A DNA stretch of 64,000 nucleotides, taken from the NCBI RefSeq assembly GCF_009914755.1, contig NC_060933.1; one strand, written 5' to 3'. This document shows, piece by piece, positions 56,480-64,000 of this stretch; the stretch's first letter is position 1, and every line of letters starts with the position of its first letter. The stretch is from the human T2T-CHM13v2.0 reference genome, Homo sapiens. The notes beneath the pieces are model-generated. The model was not told where the DNA came from and did no database searches. It saw only the letters and a program-made list of their open reading frames with translations. The position numbers and the translations under genes were made by a program.

Positions 56480-57963
56480 AGAGGGAACTAACATTTACTG
56501 AGCATCTGCTTTACATGAGGCCGTGTTGTGTGTTTCATCCTCTTCATCTCATTTAATTATCATGGCAACTCTATGTTGCAGAATACTATTACCGATGTGA
56601 TTTTACAGCTTAGGACCCTAAGGCTCAGAAAAATAAATGATTTGCCACCCTCCCTCAGCTATTAAATTACTTTGAGATTAAACTTGTATTTTTCTGGATT
56701 AAAGCCCATGATACATACAGCCAGATGTTTTCCAATATCAAGTTGAAATATACTTTAGGTTTACTTTCCTATTTAGCACTAGAAAATTTCCTAGATACTT
56801 ATTGAATAATGCCCTTTCTAATTTTCATTGAAATAGCAATTGTATTTCTTTGTGACAAGATGAAACTGATCTTACTAGAATTCAAGTATTCTTTATCACC
56901 CTCTCTTGGTGTCTGCAAGGACCAAATAGGAGCACCTTGGATTGAGCTATCAATAACTAACCTTCAGAGCGACTGCTACTATGCTTCCTTTCTTAACTGA
57001 TCTTCTTTTAACTCCAATTGATTTTTCAAACTTTAGAGTGTCTGCTTGATTCCTGTTTTCTTGTACTCCCATCTTCCTTTATAACATCACAAACTTTATA
57101 TTTATGCTTTGGCCCAGTGGGGTGATTTCTCAGATGAAATAACTTGTTTTCTTGATCTAGTTCTAAAATCATCACAGGAACCAGTAGCATGAAAGAGAAT
57201 TGTGCAATATATTTTGAGGATCATGAATTACTCATTGGAAAGAAAATGATGGATATGTTTCTCTATTCTCTAAATATACTATGTATTTTCTCAAAATGTT
57301 TTTGAGAAACATTAGGAAGGTCTATCTCCTACAGACCATTCCCCAAACATTCAGACATAGTTGGGTGGTCCCTAGTTTATATCTTCACATATCCATTCCC
57401 ACCAAATAGTACAGGACCTGCATGGAACATACCATCATCAACACTTGTCATATGAATATTAAAATTTCATCTCCTTTTATCTGAATAACAGTTATATGCA
57501 TAATGTCACAGAATATTGGACTTGAAGAAGACCTTAGATACGATTCTTGCCAATTTTATGGATAAGGAAATAAAGTAAAGGAAGAAAGTACCTCACAGAA
57601 AGACCTAGAATTAATCAGCAACAGGAACTCTGATTCATTCTGGCTTTCTTTCCATGGTTCTGTCTGCCTTTTTGGATAACCTGAAGCTGGAACTGGCTAA
57701 CTGATGTTGTCCTAAAGTGGGAATTTCATATTTTAGATTACATTTTTTTCTTGGCTGCCAATAGTTATCAAGGTAATAAAAATAACCTAAAAGTCAACCA
57801 GCTAGAGGACTCACAGCTGGAAATAAATATGTAAAAATCAATTATAAATTATTTACATCCTTATTTAACTTCTTTACTGCCTTTTTGATATGCAATGACA
57901 GAGACGGGTTTCTTAAACTCTCTCACTGTAATAGTAGTTTTGTTCATTTTTTCAAATTTCTAA

Positions 57964-58392
<429 letters not shown>

Positions 58393-58424
58393 TAGGCTTT
58401 CTTTGAAACTCCCCCATCCCACGA

Positions 58425-58746
58425 GACTTGAGGGTATTATACAAGTAAAATGAGCCAGACACAAAAATACTAATATTGTATGATTCCACTTATATGCAGT
58501 ACATACAGTATTCAAATTCATAGTGATAAAAAATAGAAAGGTGGTTGACAGGGCCTAGAAGCAGAGAAGGCAGAAAGAAGAATAGGGTTGTTTAATGAGT
58601 GTAGCATTTTAGTTTTGCAAACTGAAAAGAGTTCTGGAGAATAGGTTACAAAACAATGTGAATATAATTAACATTACTGAACTGTACACTTAATGGTTAA
58701 AATGGTAAATTTTATGTTTTCATATTTTACTGCAATTAAAAAAAAA
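58425..58746 (+). mobile_element. L1MB 3' end
   Basis: atattgtatgattccacttatatg...actgaactgtacactt...aatggttaaaatggtaaattttatg. Confidence 0.85.
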
Positions 58747-61700
58747 TGCCAACAACAATTCCACATCCTAGAGTCTTTTCTAACAACTCTGGTCCTGACT
58801 ACTTTCTCTTGTTTCTGGACCCCTGATACTTGCACTCTTGTTTATCACTTTGTTGCTTCATTATACACTGTCATAATCTCAGTTTGTTTCACAAAGAATG
58901 GCAGCACTAAACACAGAGTGAAAATCTCACTTCTTGTTTCTACCATAATCATAAATTGGCATTAGAGTCTCAATGGACAATTGCTGACAGAAATAGAACC
59001 AACATAACCAAAAAAATATTTTAAAATGTATAGTGTCACAAAAGAATTCATTAATTCAACTTTAAATTAATACAACCGGGCCAGTTGTCTACGGAAATGG
59101 CTGGAGCCTAATTTGTGTTTCCTGTCCTCTATTGTGTCCGATTCAATAGCACAGGGAGTGTCGGCGTCATAATATCAGCCCAGATTCAAATTAGGAAAAC
59201 AGGATCCACCCTGTGTTGTCCACATATGAAGGAGTTTAAAATAGAAAATTAGGCACTTATGCTACCACTGAAAGAGCTAGGAGCGCTAAGGTCAAAGAAG
59301 CTATCACCAACAGTCTCAGCTTGATTTGCTAAATTGGATGGTTCCTATTACTCTCTAGGGAACTGCTGTGAACCTCATGTCTATTCAGGTGTCAGCCTGT
59401 GACTATTTCCAGGAAATAGTGGCTTCCTCTCATCCACTTTCCAAAACACATGTGAGTGGTTTTCATTGGCACATTTTAATTTGAACCAAATGGGGAAGAG
59501 CATTCTAGAAATTAGAATTTGCTTTGTCCTCTACTGTCATTAGAAGAGGAGATATGTGAACAGGGTGGTGATGCAAATTTGGTAATAAACAATTCAGTAA
59601 AGTCACACAGACCAAATACAATAAATAGAATACAATTTGTCCTCCGCTTTGTAGAATGCCCCACTTATACAGTCATACTTAACCCGAAGTTTTTTGCAAA
59701 CAACACACAGAGGTGCCTTACCCTCCAGGGCTTCGGAAGTATCAGCTCTGTCCCCAGTTGTTGATGTAGCCACTTGGAATCCTTGGCCCAACAGTTCTTC
59801 AAATTCCCTACACTTGTTTCCAATATTGAAGATACCCAGGATTAAGACCTAAGGCTTCTAACACCCTCTCTAGTCAGTGGCACATGTCTAGGGTCTCTCA
59901 AAGATCTTAGTGAGGCAGACACACTGGAATCTTCCCCACAGTATTGTGGACATTCTGGCCTCACTTTGTGCACTGTAGTGGATTCATTGATGAACCCCAG
60001 AATTTAGGGTGGAGCCATAAGAGTACAATCCCCAAATGAATTCTGCAAGTACACGAGACACTACACACCTCCTCACAGTGACACAAACAAGCCCAACATG
60101 TGCTGAACAGCCTGAACAATTCCAAAAAAAAAGGCTACACATATCAAACTCCTATCCAGTGCCTGAGACAGACTACCTCTCCAATCAATGCTTCAGAGAG
60201 GAATTTCTCTTCTATCCAGTGCCGAGGAGGCACCAATCTCATCCCTAACAATGATGCAGAGAGACAGACGCCCCTTCCATGATGCTGAATACGCTGTGGC
60301 CTTGGCCATCCCATGCTGCAAATGTTGTCTCCTCCTCAATCTACTTTTTGAGACCCTCTCTACCCTCCCCCATTTCTAATACATTTGAACCTTTCCATTC
60401 CAGTTCTGCCTTCATTAGGGCTACAAAAACCCTCACCCCTGGCTGGCTAGTTCTCTAAATTCACCGGCCTCTCTCCTAAAGAGTTTTATTCTGTACTGTC
60501 CACAGGTTGTGTCCCACCACAACCATTTATCAGCCATTCCCCCAGCTGCAGAAACCTGGCTCTTCTCATATTCTAGGCTGCAGACAAGCCTGCCTCCCTC
60601 CAACCACACCTGCAGGCTCTCTTACCCTTGTCCATCCCCTGATGATCTCCCTCCTTCCCCAACTAGGCAGAAATTAAACAGAACTTCAAAGTACTGCATT
60701 GCCAAGAACTACAGAGGAACCTATCACTGCCATTACAGTGCTACAGACACCTCCCCTCTCCAACCAATGTGTCAAATAGACTCAGCCTCCCCCATCCATT
60801 CATCCATTAAATAGGAGCTACTCTCTTCTTGCCATCCCCCATTCATTGCTCTAAACAGTATCTTCTGAGCATACGGTATAGGAAACACCCTGGTTTTCTC
60901 AGGGCACATTGAGACACACATTGGTTTTTTCTTTTCAAGTTGTAGATGTGAGACTTAGGAAAGATCACCAGACTAATTACATAAAAGCCATTTGCAAAAT
61001 CTTCATTGCCTATTAAGAACATACTAATTCAAGGATGCCCTCAATCCAGATTCTGCTTACTGTCAACCTTATCTTTTACTTTTCCCATGGAATTCTATGT
61101 GGCCGTATTAAAGTGTACTCCAAAACACATACAAAGCTAACTGTAGCTGACAGAGTTCCTTGACTGCTCAACTTGTATTCTCTTTTTTCATTACCCTTCT
61201 GTTTCTTCCTGGCCAACAGATCTCCAGGTGTGTTTAGGTGACATTATACCCAGATCTGGAGAATGGCTCATGATTGGGCTAAGAGAGTAAGGAAACCCCA
61301 TATACTTTTCCCACTGGTTGGTCCAGAGGAGGTGTAAAGCCTAGTTGTGGCCAAAAAGATGCGAGAAAAATAAGCTAGGAGGTACCTGAAAAGATTATTC
61401 TCCCTGAAAAAGAAAAACAAAAAAGAAAAGAAAAGAAATGAGATATACTAGAATACCCCTTACCACATTTTTACCCTCCAGCTCTGGATACTGTTCTGTG
61501 AGTCCCAATAGCTGGGCAGTCTATATGAGCCTCTGGAATTAATAAATGCCTTTCTGGAGATATCACATTGATTTGGCCAGTTTTTAAAATAATTTGAAAC
61601 AACAATTGGTTGTAGGTAGTCAAGAGAAGATTCAATCCCAAAATAATCCTTTAGAGTTCTCTTTGGAAGAAATCAATTAGAACAAGATTGAGATGGAATT

Positions 61701-62938
61701 TAAGTTAAATAAATGCAGGAAACATGAGGGAGATTAGTCACTTGGGCTATTTTCCATCATAAGAGAGCCAAATGTAGCCTTAAACAAATGTGGCATTTTG
61801 TTTCTCCATCTGTAATATTTGTTTAATTTAAAAAAGAAATACTCAGGGTATCTGCATTCTAGTGTGCACTCATGCACTCTCTCTCCCTCTCTCCCACCTC
61901 CTCCCTCAATATTGCCCTTAGAATTATCTTAAAATTGGAGGAGGGGGACAGGAGGCAGTTGTCATGGCATAAAGATGCTGAAGTAAAATTAAACTTCTGA
62001 ACCCATCGGAGCTATATTTGCCAAAAGTACTTGAGAAACAGAAAGATAAAAATCATGTGAAGAGATTTTTTTTTAAGAATTCAATGTAACCTCTTGCTTT
62101 CCTCAATGTTTGAGTCATCTACAGAACAAAGAAATCTAGGTCTTATCTGTGAGAGCTTTAGACCCAACTAGATTGTAATCACAGCAACCCCGGGATTTTG
62201 CATAGTTTCTTTCTACTACCCTGGTATGGCTAATAAATAAGTTCAAACAAAACAGCCCAGGAAAGCATTGAATTAAATTATACAGTACCATTTCTCCAGG
62301 TATTGAGCTAAAGAGAATGGAGCTAAAATTGCCCTGCTGTCTTGTCATTACCCTATTTCTAATTCTGTCATTTTCTTTCCAAAAATCTCACGCATTTTGC
62401 AGGTTCTCTTAGTAGATCTGTTCCATGAATGAGCAACTGGACAGTTCTCAGTCACAGTCTGGTGGTTTATTTGTGAATACACAGAAACAGCCAGAGAGAG
62501 AGGCAGGAGCAGAACTCTCACTTCTGTCATCTTGGTATTTGTAGCTGTGCTCATGTTCCAAAGCTACGAGGTTAGGGAGAAGGAGGAAAGAGAAGAGAAA
62601 TTGGAATCTCCATAAAAACACTGCAATTATCTTGAACTTTCCATATGCAGACCTTTATGGACTTCTATGGTTGAAAATAAATTCTTTATTGATTTCACTG
62701 TAGTAATTTACAGCTCCAAGGTAATCAAATTGGTGGATAACTTGGAATAGTCTTAGACTTATGCAACAAGAAACAAGCACAGAAATGCATTTTCGTTAGT
62801 AATATCAATCTCAGAGTTCCTAAAGCAGATATGCCTTGTTTTTGGCAAGTATCTGCAGAGATAATCATTCCAGGTGGCACCTTCAAGACCAACAGAGAAG
62901 GATCCCTAGGAAGAGAGAAATGGAGAGTAATGTAGAGC

Positions 62939-62957
62939 TATTGCCATCTAGTGGCTC
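62939..62957 (-). promoter_or_regulatory. Candidate CTCF binding site
   Basis: The - strand reads GAGCCACTAGATGGCAATA, matching the CTCF core CCACYAGRKGGC. Confidence 0.55.
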
Positions 62958-64000
62958 ATAACAGAGACATCAGGTGCCTTTTCACATGAACAGAATTTTT
63001 TTCAAAGGCATAAATATTTTGTGATTTTATTTCACTGCTCTTTGCATGTATATATGGATTAAAACTCATTTAAAGAATTCATGGATGCTTATTTTTATAT
63101 GAGAACAATTCCAACCTCTAGCCATGTTGAAATTTTCATTCATTTATCAAACATTTATTGAGCCTAGCCAGGCCTTGTGCTTAACACTAGGGACACAGAA
63201 ATGAGCCATTCTCAGAGCTCCTGTTTCAAGTTGCAGTTCAAAAGCTATGCCCAGTTGTTCTGGAATTCATGTGTGATCCAAGTGCACCCCTGCATATTTA
63301 AAAAATTCTAAATAGACAGATGGATACACATATAAACACAAACATACATAAGTTAATACAGCACTACGTATTATGCACAGTACAAATCATTTACCAAAAT
63401 ACACCTTTCTACAAAGAATATAAGAAACATGAATTAAGATTATTGAAGCACTTCAATTATATTTTTAATCAAGTAAAAAATCCGTATTCAAAATCTTACT
63501 AAGTTTATTATAAATATTTTTAACATTGTAATGTGATGGACTATGTTCCATCATTTAAATGAAATCTTGGTTTAATGCTTTATGATGCAGAATTGAAGGT
63601 CTGATTCTCTTCATTGTGTTTTGATATTTGGCTTTGATGACAGTGATAGCTACAAAATACTTCTCAAGAGATCTATGGATCCAAGAGATACACCACTATC
63701 TACACTTTCTGAATCATGATATTAATTTCTTAATCCCACTGACAACATTTCTTGTTCACTTGTTAAAATTTAACAAATTCCCTCCTCCCTAATGTCGAAA
63801 TCAGAATTTAAAAATATTTATTGAAGTTTTACTTGCTTTTTGATTGACAAATGAGAACTATATATGTATTGGGGATACAATGTGATGTTTTGTTATATGT
63901 ATACCTTGCGGAATCAGACTTCTGGTGAATGAATCAGAAGGGATTTCATTTTAATATTTTCACTGAATGGCCTTAAAATCTGCTGAAATTCTTTATTTAG

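Overview
Primate (human-like) nuclear DNA, AT-rich and dominated by interspersed repeats, with no recognisable intact protein-coding gene. The one clear gene-derived feature is a disabled processed pseudogene of WDR45B (WIPI3) on the - strand (CDS 4596-5673). Its probable 3' UTR is interrupted by a MER41 LTR. The window also holds about 19 Alus, several L1 fragments, solo LTRs (MER41, THE1, LTR10, MER61, two LTR12, MST, MLT1, MLT2, LTR33-like), a complete THE1 provirus, a MADE1 MITE split by an AluY, an 84-bp VNTR and several microsatellites. The most interesting unexplained structures are: three phase-compatible candidate - strand exons at 12.2-13.9 kb, downstream of two co-oriented LTR12 promoters (a possible LTR-driven spliced transcript with a ~110-120 codon ORF); two dispersed local duplications (30 bp and 196 bp); an octamer-motif cluster; microsatellite birth inside the pseudogene; and a closely spaced inverted AluY pair. 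I cannot demonstrate a novel biological system from sequence alone; the transcript model is a testable hypothesis. Repeat subfamily calls come from recalled consensus sequences, not from a RepeatMasker run.
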